NCBI GenBank assembly: GCA_024278985.1
Contig: JAJRSC010000030.1
Span: 1-64,000 of the forward strand
DNA: 64,000 bases
Reading direction: 5' to 3'
DNA from: an archaeon
Lineage (GTDB): Archaea; AGJL01; Methanococci; Methanococcales; Methanocaldococcaceae
Below the pieces are notes generated by a model, which saw only the letters and a list, made by a program, of their open reading frames with translations, made no database searches and was not told the origin of the DNA. Below, one piece after another: positions 44,987 through 57,187 of the stretch. Every line of letters begins with the position of its first letter. The first letter of the stretch is position 1. Position numbers and translations under genes: made by a program.

Positions 44987-45977
44987 AAAAATCCCTTAAT
45001 TTTTCTAATTGTTTATATGCCTTTCCACTATCAATTGATTTATTTGCAAGTTTAATACCCTCATCTACATCCTTAGCAACTCCACAAATATATAATGCAA
45101 AACCTGCATTTAAAACAACAATATCTCTTTTAGCTCCTTCCTCTCCTTTAAGAATATTTAATATAATTTTAGCATTTTCTTTTGCATCTCCTCCTCTAAT
45201 GTCTTCTATATTAACCCTTTCAAATCCAAAATCCTCCGGCTCAATATAATAACTTATAATTTCTCCATCTTCTTTTAATTCTGATATCTTTGTTTTTCCT
45301 GTTGTTGTTATCTCATCCAATCCTGAGCCATGAACTACCAATGCCCTATTTAAATTAAGATTTTTTAATACATTTGCTAATTTTTCAGTCAATTCTTCAT
45401 TATAAACTCCTAAAAGTTGATAATTAGCATTTGCTGGATTTGTTAAGGGACCAAGAATATTAAAAACAGTTCTTATTCCTAACTCTTTCCTTATAGGAGC
45501 TACATTTTTCATGGCTTTATGATAGATAGGAGCAAATAAAAAACCAATGTTTATTTCTTCAATACTTTTTTTAACAACTTCTGGAGGAACATCTAAGTTA
45601 ATTCCTAAAGCTTCTAATACATCAGCACTTCCACTTTTGCTACTTACTGCTCTATTTCCATGCTTAGCCACTGGAACATATGGAGAAACTACAAAAGCTA
45701 CTGCTGTACTAATATTAAAAGTTCCTAATTTATCTCCTCCAGTTCCACAGGTGTCTAAAAGTTTTTCAACATTTGGATATATTTTTAGAGATTTCTCTCT
45801 CATAACCTCAGCAAAAGCTGTTATTTCTTCAACACTTTCCCCTTTCATTCTTAAGGCTGTTAAAATAGCTGAAACCTTAATTGGAGAAATTTTACCATCC
45901 ATTATATTATACATTAACTCTTTTGCTTCACTTTTATTTAAATTGTTAAAATTTATTAGTTTTTCTATTATATCCAT
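44949..45977 (-). CDS. trpD: Anthranilate phosphoribosyltransferase
   Basis: [21 protein letters not shown]. Confidence 0.96.
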   Translation of the reverse strand: MDIIEKLINFNNLNKSEAKELMYNIMDGKISPIKVSAILTALRMKGESVEEITAFAEVMREKSLKIYPNVEKLLDTCGTGGDKLGTFNISTAVAFVVSPYVPVAKHGNRAVSSKSGSADVLEALGINLDVPPEVVKKSIEEINIGFLFAPIYHKAMKNVAPIRKELGIRTVFNILGPLTNPANANYQLLGVYNEELTEKLANVLKNLNLNRALVVHGSGLDEITTTGKTKISELKEDGEIISYYIEPEDFGFERVNIEDIRGGDAKENAKIILNILKGEEGAKRDIVVLNAGFALYICGVAKDVDEGIKLANKSIDSGKAYKQLEKLRDFYGSYSKNIKEST

Positions 45978-46136
45978 GGTTATCCTCTTTAATTACTTTA
46001 ATGCTGATTAGTGTAAATTTTATATTATAGAACCAAAAAAATAAAATAGTTTTTGAGTTAAATATTTAGATAATAATAACCACACTTAAAAAAATTACTA
46101 CTTGTTAATAGTTTAAATACTTTATGTATAGCCCAT

Positions 46137-46285
46137 GGAACTGTCAAGTTAACAATTTTAACCAGGTTGTAGAACATTATGAAGAGCTAATTACAGATTC
46201 TTAGAAATTCTAAATCTAATCCTTGCAAAGCCCACAGATACATCTCTTAATCGATATATTAATAAAAATTTAACTTGATTATCTC
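46137..46285 (-). mobile_element. IS6-family remnant / MITE-like deletion derivative
   Basis: End ggaactgtcaagttaa (46137-46152) and imperfect inverted copy ttaacttgattatctc (46270-46285); minus strand carries frameshifted ESVIS..FIMFYN/WLKLLT* like archaeal IS6 transposase C-termini. Confidence 0.6.
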
Positions 46286-46305
46286 GGATTGCGATATAAT
46301 TAAAT

Positions 46306-47427
46306 TTAAATCATCTCAATAAATGCCTCTAATCTTGTTTTTAACTGTTCTCTATCACTTTCAGAGTAATCAGTTTCAATTCTTATAATTGGAATTCCTT
46401 CCTCTTTTAATGCTTCCTCTACTTTAGTACCTTCAATATTAAATGTATGACAGCATTGTAATGTGTAATAAACCACTCCATCAACATCTAACTCTTTAAC
46501 TAATCTCTTTATATTCTCTATTCTTTCATCATTCTTAAATCTACATGCACATGGAATTTTAAAGTATCTTTTTGCTATATCCTCTATACTATAACCTTCA
46601 ACAAAGTTTTCAAAGAATCTTGTTCCTGTACAGCTCTCTTCTCCAACAACAACTCCTCCAACTTCTTCAACGAGTTCAACAATCTTAGTATTTCCAGCAA
46701 CCATAGGACAACCAGTTATTAAAATTCTCTTTCCTTCAAATCCTTCTCCTTTCTTAACTCTCTCTTCCAACTCTTTAATTAAATCCTCTAAAACTTCTAT
46801 TGTGTCATCAATATCCAATAAATAAGCAAATTGGAATAATTTTAAAACATCTAATCCTTTAATTGGGACTGGTTTATTTTTTCTTAATTCATAAAGCTTA
46901 TAAAATAACTCTCTAAGTTTATTTACTTTATCTACAGCATCTTTTAATTTTTCTTCAGTTATTTTATTTCCTGTTTCTTTTTCAACTAATTCCTTTAACT
47001 TTTCAACTTCTTTAATCCAAATTTTTAAAGAATCTTCATCTTTCATATGTGGTAAATGCATAATATGCATTGGTACTAATCTTTCCATCAATTCAAACAT
47101 CTTTTTCTTTCCTTCACATGTTGTTTCTCCAATAACTATATCTGATGCCTCAAAATAAGGGCAAGATTTTGCCTTCTTAAACCCATAGGATGATTTTATT
47201 AAAGGACATAGATTTCTTGGTAAATCCTCTTCTGCTATTGGAATTGTATCATTTTTTCCACCACACAAACCAACTGGAATTGCATTTGCTGCTAAAATAA
47301 TCTCTATTGGAACATAAGCACAGAACATTCCAAAAACTTTTCTTCCTTCTTCTTTTTGTTTGTAGAGTTGTTCTTTTCTATTGGCAAATTTTTGCATCAA
47401 TTTTTCTATTGCCTTTAATTGCATCAT
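46306..47427 (-). CDS. 2-hydroxyacyl-CoA dehydratase family, double-cubane-cluster reductase type
   Basis: [41 protein letters not shown]. Confidence 0.85.
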   Translation of the reverse strand: MMQLKAIEKLMQKFANRKEQLYKQKEEGRKVFGMFCAYVPIEIILAANAIPVGLCGGKNDTIPIAEEDLPRNLCPLIKSSYGFKKAKSCPYFEASDIVIGETTCEGKKKMFELMERLVPMHIMHLPHMKDEDSLKIWIKEVEKLKELVEKETGNKITEEKLKDAVDKVNKLRELFYKLYELRKNKPVPIKGLDVLKLFQFAYLLDIDDTIEVLEDLIKELEERVKKGEGFEGKRILITGCPMVAGNTKIVELVEEVGGVVVGEESCTGTRFFENFVEGYSIEDIAKRYFKIPCACRFKNDERIENIKRLVKELDVDGVVYYTLQCCHTFNIEGTKVEEALKEEGIPIIRIETDYSESDREQLKTRLEAFIEMI

Positions 47428-47590
47428 ATCACCATTCTATTTAGTTATTAGATTTTTTAATATATATTGTATATTCTTTAAAATAACATTAAAAACAGTA
47501 TTATTAATTTTTTAAAAATTTTACCTTCAATTTTTATAATATCCTCTGTTAAAAACTAAATTTTAATACTTAAAAATAAATAAAAATAAA

Positions 47591-48322
47591 TTACACTAAT
47601 ATAGCTCCAACACAGCAAACAATTTGCGGTTCTTCTGGTATTAAGAGTTTTTTATTTAATTTTTTTTCAAACATTTCTACTAAAACTTTATTTTTAGCAA
47701 CTCCTCCACTAAATACTATATTTTGTAGTTTAAGCTTATTTACCATAGGGATAATTCTATTTATTATACTATCATAAACTCCCATTAAAATATCTTCTTT
47801 TGGAATCTTTTTAGACAATAGGCTTATTATTTCACTTTCAGCAAAAACAGCACACATTGATGATATTTTGGCAATATTATCTGATTTATATTTGTTTATC
47901 TCATTTTTATTAATTTTTAAAATATCCAAAGCTTTTTCTAAGAATTTTCCAGTTCCTGCAGCACATTTATCTGATAGAATAAAATCAACAACTTTTCCAT
48001 CTTTATTTATCTTTAAAACCTTTGTATCCTGTCCTCCAATATCTACAACTCCATCTGCATCATTAAAAAAATATCTTGCCCCTTTTCCTAAGGCAATAAC
48101 TTCTGGGACTACTTTATCAGCAAAACTAATTTTATGTCTCCCGTATCCAGTTGCTATAATTTTATCTATTGGATATTTTTGCTCAATCTCTTTAACCATT
48201 TTTAATAAAATATCTTCTTCAATAACAACTCCAATATCTTTAACTTTATACCAAACTATTCTGTCATCTTCCATTAAAACCATTTTTGTTGTTGTAGAGC
48301 CAACATCTATTCCTAAAATCAT
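47591..48322 (-). CDS. BadF/BcrA-type ATP-dependent activator (archerase)
   Basis: GIDVGSTTTK, ATGYGR, DIGGQDTK, CAAGTG, CAVFAESE. Confidence 0.92.
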   Translation of the reverse strand: MILGIDVGSTTTKMVLMEDDRIVWYKVKDIGVVIEEDILLKMVKEIEQKYPIDKIIATGYGRHKISFADKVVPEVIALGKGARYFFNDADGVVDIGGQDTKVLKINKDGKVVDFILSDKCAAGTGKFLEKALDILKINKNEINKYKSDNIAKISSMCAVFAESEIISLLSKKIPKEDILMGVYDSIINRIIPMVNKLKLQNIVFSGGVAKNKVLVEMFEKKLNKKLLIPEEPQIVCCVGAILV

Positions 48323-48491
48323 AATTACCATCTTCTTTAAAGTTTTTATAAATGCTTTGCAATCTATTTATCATCAAAAAATAGTAATATTCGGATTTTA
48401 AAATTAATGGGGATATTATTTTATTGTATCGAATATTTAAGCTACAAAAAGGGGAATATCGTTTATAAGACAATTAAAAAGTACATTTAAT

Positions 48492-48938
48492 TTAAAATTC
48501 TTTTTTCTTAGAGATTACTTTAACACTTTCAACTGGAAGAGTTATAGGAATTGGAACAGCTGCATTTTCTAATTCAACAGTAACCTCTTCCTTATTTTTA
48601 TCAACTCTTATAATTTTTGCTCTTTCTCCTTTAAATGGTCCAGCAATAATTTCCACAATATAGCCCTTTTCTAAGTCATCTATTATTTTTCTTGGTGATA
48701 AAATTTGTTCTAATTCATCAATTGATATAACTCCTGGAAGGACTTTTCTTATTCTTGGAATACCTTTAATTAATTCCTTTACATCACTTTCTGATTCAGC
48801 TTCAATAATTAAATATCCTTTAAGTGTTTCAGTTGCTAAAATAGAATAAATATTTAAATCTTCTTTTTCAGCTTTATTTGCCAATATTTGGGCTAAATTT
48901 TTTTCCTGTCCTGACATTGTTTTAACTGCATATATCAT
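48492..48938 (-). CDS. spt5: Transcription elongation factor Spt5/NusG
   Basis: GQEK, KGYLIIEA, KOW IIAGPFKGERAKI. Confidence 0.93.
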   Translation of the reverse strand: MIYAVKTMSGQEKNLAQILANKAEKEDLNIYSILATETLKGYLIIEAESESDVKELIKGIPRIRKVLPGVISIDELEQILSPRKIIDDLEKGYIVEIIAGPFKGERAKIIRVDKNKEEVTVELENAAVPIPITLPVESVKVISKKKEF

Positions 48939-48941
48939 AGT

Positions 48942-49142
48942 TTATCCCTTTAAAATATTCTTAATATATGTTGCTGGAACATGGATTATATAGCCAATAA
49001 CTCCCAATATTGTTATTCCTAAGGCAGTTACTTTGGCAACTGCAAGATATTCATCTAAAGTAGGTTTTTTTAAAACTAACCAAACTCTTTTACATTCTTC
49101 AATAAATTCTTTAAATTCCTCTATTTTTTTGTTTATGTCCAT
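48942..49142 (-). CDS. secE: Protein translocase SecE / Sec61 gamma
   Basis: RVWLVLKKPT, TM helix; ftsZ-secE-spt5 order. Confidence 0.92.
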   Translation of the reverse strand: MDINKKIEEFKEFIEECKRVWLVLKKPTLDEYLAVAKVTALGITILGVIGYIIHVPATYIKNILKG

Positions 49143-49146
49143 GTTA

Positions 49147-50241
49147 TCACAATTTTGGTATTCCTATATCTTTAATTATTCTTTTTCTTTGTAATCCAGT
49201 CTCTTTTATTTCAACTCTTGATTGAACTCCTGTAACAACTAATAAAACTCTTACAGTGTCCTCTAAACTGTCATCTGTTGTAGCTCCCCAAATAATTGTT
49301 GCCTCAGGGTCTAATCTTGAGGAAACAGTTTCAACTACTTCTCTGGATTCTTCTAATGTTAAATTCTCTGGTCCCATAACATGAATTAATGCTCCTTTTG
49401 CCCCATCAATATCAACATCTAATAAAGGAGATTTTAATGCCTGATTTATTGCTTCTTTAGCTCTTTTCTCTCCTTCTCCTTCTCCAATACCAATCATTGC
49501 CAAGCCTCCATTAGACATAACTGCCTTAACATCTGCAAAATCAACATTAATAAGCCCTGTTTTGGTGATAAGTTCAACTAATCCTTTAACAGAGTTTATA
49601 AGTACTTCATCAGCTACTTTAAAAGCAGTTTTTAATGGCATTTTAGGAACTATTTCAAATAATTTCTCATTAGGAATTACAACTAAAGTGTCTGTATGTT
49701 CTTGTAATTTTTTTAAACCTTCAATTGCATTTTTCATTCTAACTTTACCTTCCATTTCAAAGGGTAAGGTAACAACTGCAACAGTTAATGCTCCTATTTT
49801 TTTAGCAATTTCAGCAACAACTGGAGCAGAACCTGTTCCAGTCCCTCCTCCTAAACCACAGGTAATAAAGACCATATCAGAATCTTGTATGGCTGCTTTT
49901 ATCTCCTCAGCACTTTCTTTTGCAGCTTCTTCTCCAATTTTAGGATTACCTCCAGCTCCTAAACCTCTTGTTAATTTCTTACCTATTAATATCTTTTTAT
50001 CTGCTTTAGTTCTTAAAAGTTGTTGAGCATCAGTATTTATTGCTATAGTTGTAGCTCCTTCAATACCTTCTGTTTTTAACCTTGTTATTGTATTGTTTCC
50101 AGCTCCTCCACATCCAACTACGGAAATTCTTGCTTTTGTTTGCTCTAAATACTCCAATAACTCTTTATCCTCTGGAGATAATTCAAAATTATCAATATTA
50201 TCAATATTTTCCTCTTCTAAAATTTTTTCCAAGAATTTCAT
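49147..50241 (-). CDS. ftsZ: Cell division protein FtsZ
   Basis: GGGTGTG tubulin signature, NVDFAD. Confidence 0.97.
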   Translation of the reverse strand: MKFLEKILEEENIDNIDNFELSPEDKELLEYLEQTKARISVVGCGGAGNNTITRLKTEGIEGATTIAINTDAQQLLRTKADKKILIGKKLTRGLGAGGNPKIGEEAAKESAEEIKAAIQDSDMVFITCGLGGGTGTGSAPVVAEIAKKIGALTVAVVTLPFEMEGKVRMKNAIEGLKKLQEHTDTLVVIPNEKLFEIVPKMPLKTAFKVADEVLINSVKGLVELITKTGLINVDFADVKAVMSNGGLAMIGIGEGEGEKRAKEAINQALKSPLLDVDIDGAKGALIHVMGPENLTLEESREVVETVSSRLDPEATIIWGATTDDSLEDTVRVLLVVTGVQSRVEIKETGLQRKRIIKDIGIPKL

Positions 50242-50354
50242 TTAATATCCACCTACATTATAATAAATTTTATTTAACTTGGTTTTTAATATTACATATG
50301 TTATATATAAAAATGTTATTGATATCAAAAAATTAAAAATGGGATTGGAATAGC

Positions 50355-50921
50355 ATGAAAAAAAAGGTTGTTGTGTGTATAACAGGAGCCTCTGGAGTGA
50401 TTTATGCTAAAAGATTGTTAGAAGTCCTAAAAAATAATGTTAATGTTAGCTTGATAATATCCAATTCAGCTAAAAAAATTATTACAGAAGAGTTAAATAT
50501 TGATTGGAGAGAACTTAAAAAATTAGCAGATAACTACTATGAAAATAATGATTTTTTTTCTCCATTGGCATCAGGTTCAAATAAGTTTTATGCTGTTGTT
50601 GTTATACCTTGCTCTATGAAAACACTTTCTGCTATAGCAAATGGATACTCATCAAATTTAATAGTAAGAGTTTGTGATATTGCTCTAAAAGAAAGAAGAA
50701 AACTAATTTTATTGCCAAGAGAAATGCCTTTAAATAGCATACATTTAGAAAATATGTTAAAATTATCTAATTTAGGGGCAATAATAATGCCACCATGTCC
50801 TGCTTTTTACTATAAACCAAAAAATTTGGATGATATTATTAATTTTATTGTAGGCAGAATTTTGGATATTTTAGAAATTGAAAATAATTTATTTAAAAGA
50901 TGGAATAAAGAAGAGGGATAA
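50355..50921 (+). CDS. ubiX: Flavin prenyltransferase
   Basis: TGASG, ASGS, PCSMKTL, LKERR, REMP, PAFY. Confidence 0.92.
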   Translation: MKKKVVVCITGASGVIYAKRLLEVLKNNVNVSLIISNSAKKIITEELNIDWRELKKLADNYYENNDFFSPLASGSNKFYAVVVIPCSMKTLSAIANGYSSNLIVRVCDIALKERRKLILLPREMPLNSIHLENMLKLSNLGAIIMPPCPAFYYKPKNLDDIINFIVGRILDILEIENNLFKRWNKEEG

Positions 50922-50922
50922 T

Positions 50923-52266
50923 ATGCTTGATAAATTAGGAGAAAATCTTAATAAAGCCATAAATAGAATTAAAAATGCTGTATTTGTAGATAAAAAACTA
51001 ATTAAAGAAGTTGTTAGAGATATTCAGAGGGCTTTACTTCAGGCAGATGTAAATGTAAAACTTGTTTTAAAAATTAGTAAAGAAATTGAAAGGAGAGCAT
51101 TGGAGGAAGAAGTTCCTAAAGGATTATCAAAAAAAGAACATATAATAAAAATTGTTTATGAGGAATTGGTTAAACTGTTAGGTGAAGAAGCAAAAAAATT
51201 AGAAATTGACCCTAAAAAAAGAAATGTTTTTATGTTGGTTGGAATTCAAGGAAGTGGTAAAACTACAACTGCTGCAAAGTTGGCAAGATATATAAAAAAG
51301 CAAGGTTTAAGACCTGCTTTAATAGCTGCAGATACTTATAGACCAGCGGCATATGAACAACTAAAACAATTGGCAGAGAAGATACAAGTACCCATTTATG
51401 GGGATAGAACAAAAACTCCTGAGGAGATTGTTAAAGAAGGATTAAAAAAGTTTGAAAATGTAGATGTTGTTATTATTGATACAGCTGGAAGACATAAAGA
51501 AGAAAAAGGCTTATTGGAAGAGATGAAGAGAATTAAAGAGATAGCTAACCCTGATGAGATTATACTTGTTATTGATGGAACTATTGGACAACAGGCAAAA
51601 ACTCAGGCAAAAGCTTTTAAAGAGGCTGTTGGAGAAATAGGTAGTATAATAGTTACTAAACTTGATGGTTCTGCTAAGGGAGGAGGAGCTTTAAGTGCAG
51701 TTGCAGAAACAGGGGCTCCTATAAAGTTTATTGGTATTGGGGAAAAAATAGATGACTTAGAGCCATTTGACCCTAAAAAGTTTATTTCAAGAATCTTAGG
51801 ATTGGGGGATATTGATACATTACTAAAAAAAGCAGAGGAAATAGTAGATGAGAAGACAGAGGAAAGTATTGAGGCAATAATGAAAGGTAAATATACTTTA
51901 AATGAATTACTTGCCCAATTGGAAGCTATTGAAAATATGGGGTCAATGAAAAAAATATTGAGTATGATTCCTGGACTGAGTGGAATGCCTAAAGAACTGT
52001 CTAATTTAACAGAATCAAAGATAAAGAGATATAAAGTTATTATAAACTCTATGACTTTAGAGGAAAGAGAAAACCCAAAAATAATAAAAGCATCAAGAAT
52101 TAGAAGAATAGCAAGAGGGTCTGGAAGTAAAGAAGAAGAAGTTAAAGAAGTTTTAAGATATTATGAAACAACAAGAAGAGCCATAGACCAACTAAGAAAG
52201 GGTAAGATGTTAAGAATTGGAGGACCATTAGGACAGATATTAAGACAGTTAATGTTTAAAGAGTAA
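50923..52266 (+). CDS. srp54: Signal recognition particle protein Srp54
   Basis: [22 protein letters not shown] domain. Confidence 0.96.
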   Translation: MLDKLGENLNKAINRIKNAVFVDKKLIKEVVRDIQRALLQADVNVKLVLKISKEIERRALEEEVPKGLSKKEHIIKIVYEELVKLLGEEAKKLEIDPKKRNVFMLVGIQGSGKTTTAAKLARYIKKQGLRPALIAADTYRPAAYEQLKQLAEKIQVPIYGDRTKTPEEIVKEGLKKFENVDVVIIDTAGRHKEEKGLLEEMKRIKEIANPDEIILVIDGTIGQQAKTQAKAFKEAVGEIGSIIVTKLDGSAKGGGALSAVAETGAPIKFIGIGEKIDDLEPFDPKKFISRILGLGDIDTLLKKAEEIVDEKTEESIEAIMKGKYTLNELLAQLEAIENMGSMKKILSMIPGLSGMPKELSNLTESKIKRYKVIINSMTLEERENPKIIKASRIRRIARGSGSKEEEVKEVLRYYETTRRAIDQLRKGKMLRIGGPLGQILRQLMFKE

Positions 52267-53373
52267 CTCCCAGCATATTCTTTTTTCTAATTCTACAGCA
52301 GGCTGATTAAAGGCATTAATATTAAAGAGTTCTCCCATAAATCCAATTTGATACATGTAAAAGTAGAGTAAGGAACCAAGTTCTTTTTCATTTATCTCAT
52401 CCAAAACTATTTTTACATTAGGAACATTTTTTAATGTTAAAGATTTCTCTGTTGCCAACTGTTCAGTTAAAATAACTTCTGAAAGTTTAAACTTCTTATT
52501 ATTAAATTCTATCTCAAAATCATCTCTATATTTTTTAACTGTTAAAAAAGTTATTACTTTATCTTTTTTTCCATCTAAATATAGCTGTAAAAGGGAATGC
52601 TGGTCTTTTGCACCTATAGAAAACATTGGAGTAATTCCTTCTCCACATTTTCCTAAACTTTCTCCCACCAATTGCTTATACCATTCTCCAAAATAAGATA
52701 ATGCTTCATAATAACTAAATAATACTGATATTGTTTTATTGTCTTTATAGTGAAGATAATGAATAACACCATTTATAACTGCTGGATTATCTTTTTTTCT
52801 ACAAATTTTATCCATTTCTCTTGCTCCTTTTAATATTTTATTAATATCAACACCCAAAGCAGATAGAGGGGCTAATCCAACATTTGTTAAAACTGAAAAT
52901 CTTCCAGGGACATTTTTAGGAATATTTAAGATAGGATAATTATTTTTTATAGCAATTTCTTTTAATTTTCCTCCATTAGTAATAAATATAAAATTTTTAG
53001 AGTTTGTCTTTTCCTTTAAAAGGTTATAGTTTATGATGGTCTCTAAGGTATTTCCTGATTTACTAACAATAAAAATTAAAGTATCTTTATCAATATTTTC
53101 AATTATTTTCCTGCACTTTTCTGGGTCTATGTTATCTAAAAAATAGCCATTTTTTAAATTTAAAGAGTAGTATAATGTTTCAGTTCCTAATATAGAGCCA
53201 CCCATTCCAACAACAATAACCTTATCAGCAGAAAAATCATATTTATAATCTTTATAAATTGCCTCCCTAAATCCAACAATCCCCTTACTTAACTTCTCCT
53301 CAAAATTTTTAAAATATGGAGAATAGTTAAAATTATCGATATTGACCATAGAGTTATCATAATTATACTCCAT
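52249..53373 (-). CDS. pgi: Glucose-6-phosphate isomerase
   Basis: GMGGS, SKSG, GRFSV, ESLGK, QPAVE. Confidence 0.92.
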   Translation of the reverse strand: MEYNYDNSMVNIDNFNYSPYFKNFEEKLSKGIVGFREAIYKDYKYDFSADKVIVVGMGGSILGTETLYYSLNLKNGYFLDNIDPEKCRKIIENIDKDTLIFIVSKSGNTLETIINYNLLKEKTNSKNFIFITNGGKLKEIAIKNNYPILNIPKNVPGRFSVLTNVGLAPLSALGVDINKILKGAREMDKICRKKDNPAVINGVIHYLHYKDNKTISVLFSYYEALSYFGEWYKQLVGESLGKCGEGITPMFSIGAKDQHSLLQLYLDGKKDKVITFLTVKKYRDDFEIEFNNKKFKLSEVILTEQLATEKSLTLKNVPNVKIVLDEINEKELGSLLYFYMYQIGFMGELFNINAFNQPAVELEKRICWELLFKH

Positions 53374-53529
53374 ATTATTCTCCCCACGATATAATAGTAA
53401 GATTATTTTTCTATATATTCTTTATTTAAATATTATAAACTTATTTTCTATATTAAATAAGAAAACTTTTATAACATAATTCTTAGTTTAAGTTTATTTT
53501 AGACATTAATAATAGTTGGAGGGATAATA

Positions 53530-54864
53530 ATGAAAGTGCTATTAATTGGAGGAGGAGGAAGAGAAAGTGCTATAGCACATGCATTAAAAAAAGATGATAA
53601 TGTAGAGTTATATACATTACTGAAAAATAAAAATCCTGGAATAACAAGATTATCAGAAGAGATATGTTTAGCAAGTGAAACAGATTTAAACAGTGTTGAA
53701 AATTTTGCCAAAAAAATAAAACCTGATTTAGCAGTTATAGGACCTGAGGCCCCATTATAGAAAGGAGTAGTTGATTTATTGGAAGGGTTAGGAATACCAA
53801 CTGTTGGACCAAATAAAGAAGCTGCAAAAATTGAAACTAATAAGGCATTTATGAGAAATTTATTTGCAAAATACAATATAAAGGGTTCTTTAACATATAA
53901 ATTTTTTGATGAATATTCTGAGGAATTGGAAAGTTTTATAGATGAACTTACTGAAAAAGGTATAAAAGTTGTAGTTAAACCAGTTGGATTAACCGGAGGT
54001 AAGGGAGTTAAAGTAGTTGGAGAACAATTAAAAGATAATGAAGAAGCAAAAAAATATGCTAAGGAAATATTTGAGAGTGGATTGGGAGGAGGTAGAGTTT
54101 TAATTGAGGAAAAACTTGAAGGAGTTGAATTTACTTTACATGGATTTGTTGATAAAGAGCATATAAAATTTACTCCATTTGTCCAAGACCATCCTCATGC
54201 ATATGAAGGGGATAAAGGGCCAATAACTGGAGGAATGGGTTCATACTCCTGTCCAACTCATGACTTACCATTTTTAACTGAGGAAGATATTAGAGTTTCT
54301 AAGGAAATAATGGAAGAGACAGTTAAGGCATTAAAAAAAGAAGTTGGAGGTTATAAAGGAATATTGTATGGTCAGTTTATGCTAACAAAAGAGGGGCCTA
54401 AAATTATTGAATATAATGCAAGATTTGGAGACCCTGAGTCAATGAATATATTGGCTATACTAAGAAGTAGTTTCTTAGATATATGTAAGGGAATAGTTGA
54501 AGGTAATTTAAATAATGTTAATGTAGAATTTGACAAAAAAGCAACTGTCTGTAAGTATGTTGTTCCTATGGGATACCCTGAAAATCCTGTTAGAGGAAAA
54601 GAAATATATGTAGATGAAGAAAAAATTAAAAATGTTGGGGCAATATTACACTATGCAGCTGTAAATGAAGAAGATGGAAAATTAATTATGACAGGTTCAA
54701 GGGCAGTAGCTGTTGTTGGTGTTGCTGATAATATAGAAGATGCTGAAAAAATAGCAGAAGAAGCAACTAAATTTATAAATGGACAAGTATATCATAGAAG
54801 TGATATTGGTAAAAAGGAATTAATAAAGAAAAGAATTGAAATAATGAAAAAATTAAGGGGATAA
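53530..54864 (+). CDS. purD: Phosphoribosylamine-glycine ligase with in-frame TAG at 53758-53760
   Basis: GGGGRE...GPEAPL*KGVVDLL continues in frame to [18 protein letters not shown]. Confidence 0.9.
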
Positions 54865-54867
54865 ATC

Positions 54868-56073
54868 TTGATTTATGCAGTTATAACTCCTTTTGGAATT
54901 TTTGGAAGTGAAACGGAATATATTGATAACTTTGAAGATTTTAAATATAGAAAATTAATAAAAGAAGAAGATATTCCAGAGTTTTTATATAGAGTTAGAA
55001 CTCAGCCACATAAAATAATTGAAGAAATAAAAGATTGGGGAGATGTAAGATTAGAAATATTTAGTTCAGAGCCATTTTATAATGGAAAATATATAAGAGA
55101 AAATTTATTCAGAATTGGGAAGGAGTTAGGATATTTTAAAGATTATAATGATTTTATAAATAAAATGCATTATTGGAACTCAGAATTAACAAAAAGATTA
55201 ATGAAAAGTTATTCTGAACAAAAAGATAAAATAATTATTCAAGTTGCTGAAGCAATTTCTGATTTAGATAAGGTTTTAAATCTTCTCTCAGAAAGATTGA
55301 GAGAATGGTATTCTCTACATTTCCCTGAATTAGATTCCGCAGTAAGTAAGCATGAAACTTATGTTAATTTAGTATCTGAATTAAAAGAAAGAAAAAGTTT
55401 TACTAAAGAGGAGTTAAAAACTAAAGTTCCAAAAAAATTGGCAGAAAAATTGGAAAGTTTAGCCAAAAGTTCAATGGGAGGAGAGTTTGAGAGTTATGAT
55501 ATTGAAGCAGTTTCTAAGTTTGCAAAGGAAATAAAACATCTTTATGAAATTAGAAAGGATTTATATGATTATTTAGATAAACTTATGGAAGAAGAAGCTC
55601 CTAATCTTAAAAAGATTGCTGGAACAAGTTTAGGAGCTAAACTAATAGGATTAGCAGGAGGATTGGAAAAATTATCTAAAATGCCTGCCTCAACCATACA
55701 AGTTTTAGGTGCTGAAAAGGCATTGTTTGCCCATCTTAGAAAAGGTTCTCCTCCTCCAAAACATGGAATTATTTATAATCATCCATTAATATTAAACTCT
55801 CCTAAGTGGCAAAGAGGAAAGATAGCAAGAGCATTGGCATGTAAATTGGCTATTGCAGCAAGAGGTGATTTTAATAAGGATTATATTGCTGATGAACTAT
55901 ATGAGAAATTATTAAAAAGAGTTGAAGAAATTAAAAGAAAATATCCAAACCCTCCAAAAAAGAAGAAAAAAGAGAAAAAAGAAAAAAGGAGTAAAAAAGA
56001 TAAAAAGAAGAAATTTAAAAAGAGTAAAAAAGATAAAAAAAGAAAAGTTATTGGAAAAACTGGGAAAAAATGA
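54868..56073 (+). CDS. nop5: Box C/D sRNP protein Nop5
   Basis: [26 protein letters not shown], Lys-rich tail. Confidence 0.95.
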   Translation: MIYAVITPFGIFGSETEYIDNFEDFKYRKLIKEEDIPEFLYRVRTQPHKIIEEIKDWGDVRLEIFSSEPFYNGKYIRENLFRIGKELGYFKDYNDFINKMHYWNSELTKRLMKSYSEQKDKIIIQVAEAISDLDKVLNLLSERLREWYSLHFPELDSAVSKHETYVNLVSELKERKSFTKEELKTKVPKKLAEKLESLAKSSMGGEFESYDIEAVSKFAKEIKHLYEIRKDLYDYLDKLMEEEAPNLKKIAGTSLGAKLIGLAGGLEKLSKMPASTIQVLGAEKALFAHLRKGSPPPKHGIIYNHPLILNSPKWQRGKIARALACKLAIAARGDFNKDYIADELYEKLLKRVEEIKRKYPNPPKKKKKEKKEKRSKKDKKKKFKKSKKDKKRKVIGKTGKK

Positions 56074-57176
56074 CTTATAAAGAAATTTTTAAAGAGTTGG
56101 AAGAGTATAGAAAGATGGACTTAAAATATGAAGATGGAAAAATATTTTCTTCTATGTGCACTAAACCACTTCCAATAACAAAAAAGATTGTTGAGTTGTT
56201 CTTAGAAACAAACTTAGGAGACCCAGGATTGTTTAGAGGGACTGCAATATTAGAAAAAAAAGCAATTTAACTTTTAGGAAAGTTCTTAAATAATCCTAAA
56301 TCTTTTGGGAATGTTGTCAGTGGAGGAACTGAAGCAAATTTAATGGCTTTAAAGGTTATAAAAAAAATGAAAGGTAGGAATATTATATTACCAAAAACTG
56401 CCCATTTTTCTTTTGAAAAAGGTAAAGAAATGATGGACTTAAATTTAATTTATGCCCCAATAAAAAAAGATTATACTGTAGATGAGAAATTTATTAAGGA
56501 CTTTGTAGAAGATAATAAGGTAGATGCTATTATAGGAATAGCTGGAACTACAGAATTTGGGACTATTGATAATATAAAATATCTCTCAAAAATATCAAAG
56601 GATAACAATATCTATCTTCATGTAGATGCTGCTTTTGGAGGTTTTGTTATACCCTTCTTAGATAAAAATATAAAGTTTGACTTTTCTTTAAATATTGATT
56701 CTATAACAATAGATGGCCATAAAATGGGATTATGTCCTATACCTTGTGGAGGAATATTATTTAAATCTGAAGATTATAAAAAATTTTTAGAGGTTGAAGC
56801 ATTTTATTTAACAGAGGATAAACAAACTACTATATTAGGAACAAGAGTAGGATATGGTGCTGTTTCTTTATATGTTATATTAAAATACTTTTTAAATGAA
56901 GTGGAAAAAAATGTTAAAAAATGTGTAAATAATACCTTTTATTTATATAAAAAATTAAAAGAGAATAGTTATAAACCTTTAATTAAACCAGTTATGAATA
57001 TAATAAATATTGAAGATGAAAACTATAAAGAAACATGTTTAAAACTAAGAGAAAAAGGTTATTATGTATCAATATGTAAAAATGCCAATGCCTTAAGATT
57101 AGTTATTATGCCCCATATAGAGAGAGAACATATTGATAATTTTATAGATATTTTAAATAGTATAAAGAAAAGTTAG
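56070..57176 (+). CDS. mfnA: L-tyrosine/L-aspartate decarboxylase with in-frame TAA at 56268-56270
   Basis: [40 protein letters not shown] in one frame. Confidence 0.88.
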
Positions 57177-57187
57177 AGGGGTAAAAT

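Noticed and set aside
33162-53760. Pyrrolysine or amber reassignment for the in-frame TAG codons
   Set aside because: TAG terminates many intact genes here, a TAA case also occurs, and no pyl genes are seen
55955-56070. A-rich low-complexity tract
   Set aside because: Encodes the normal Lys-rich Nop5 tail
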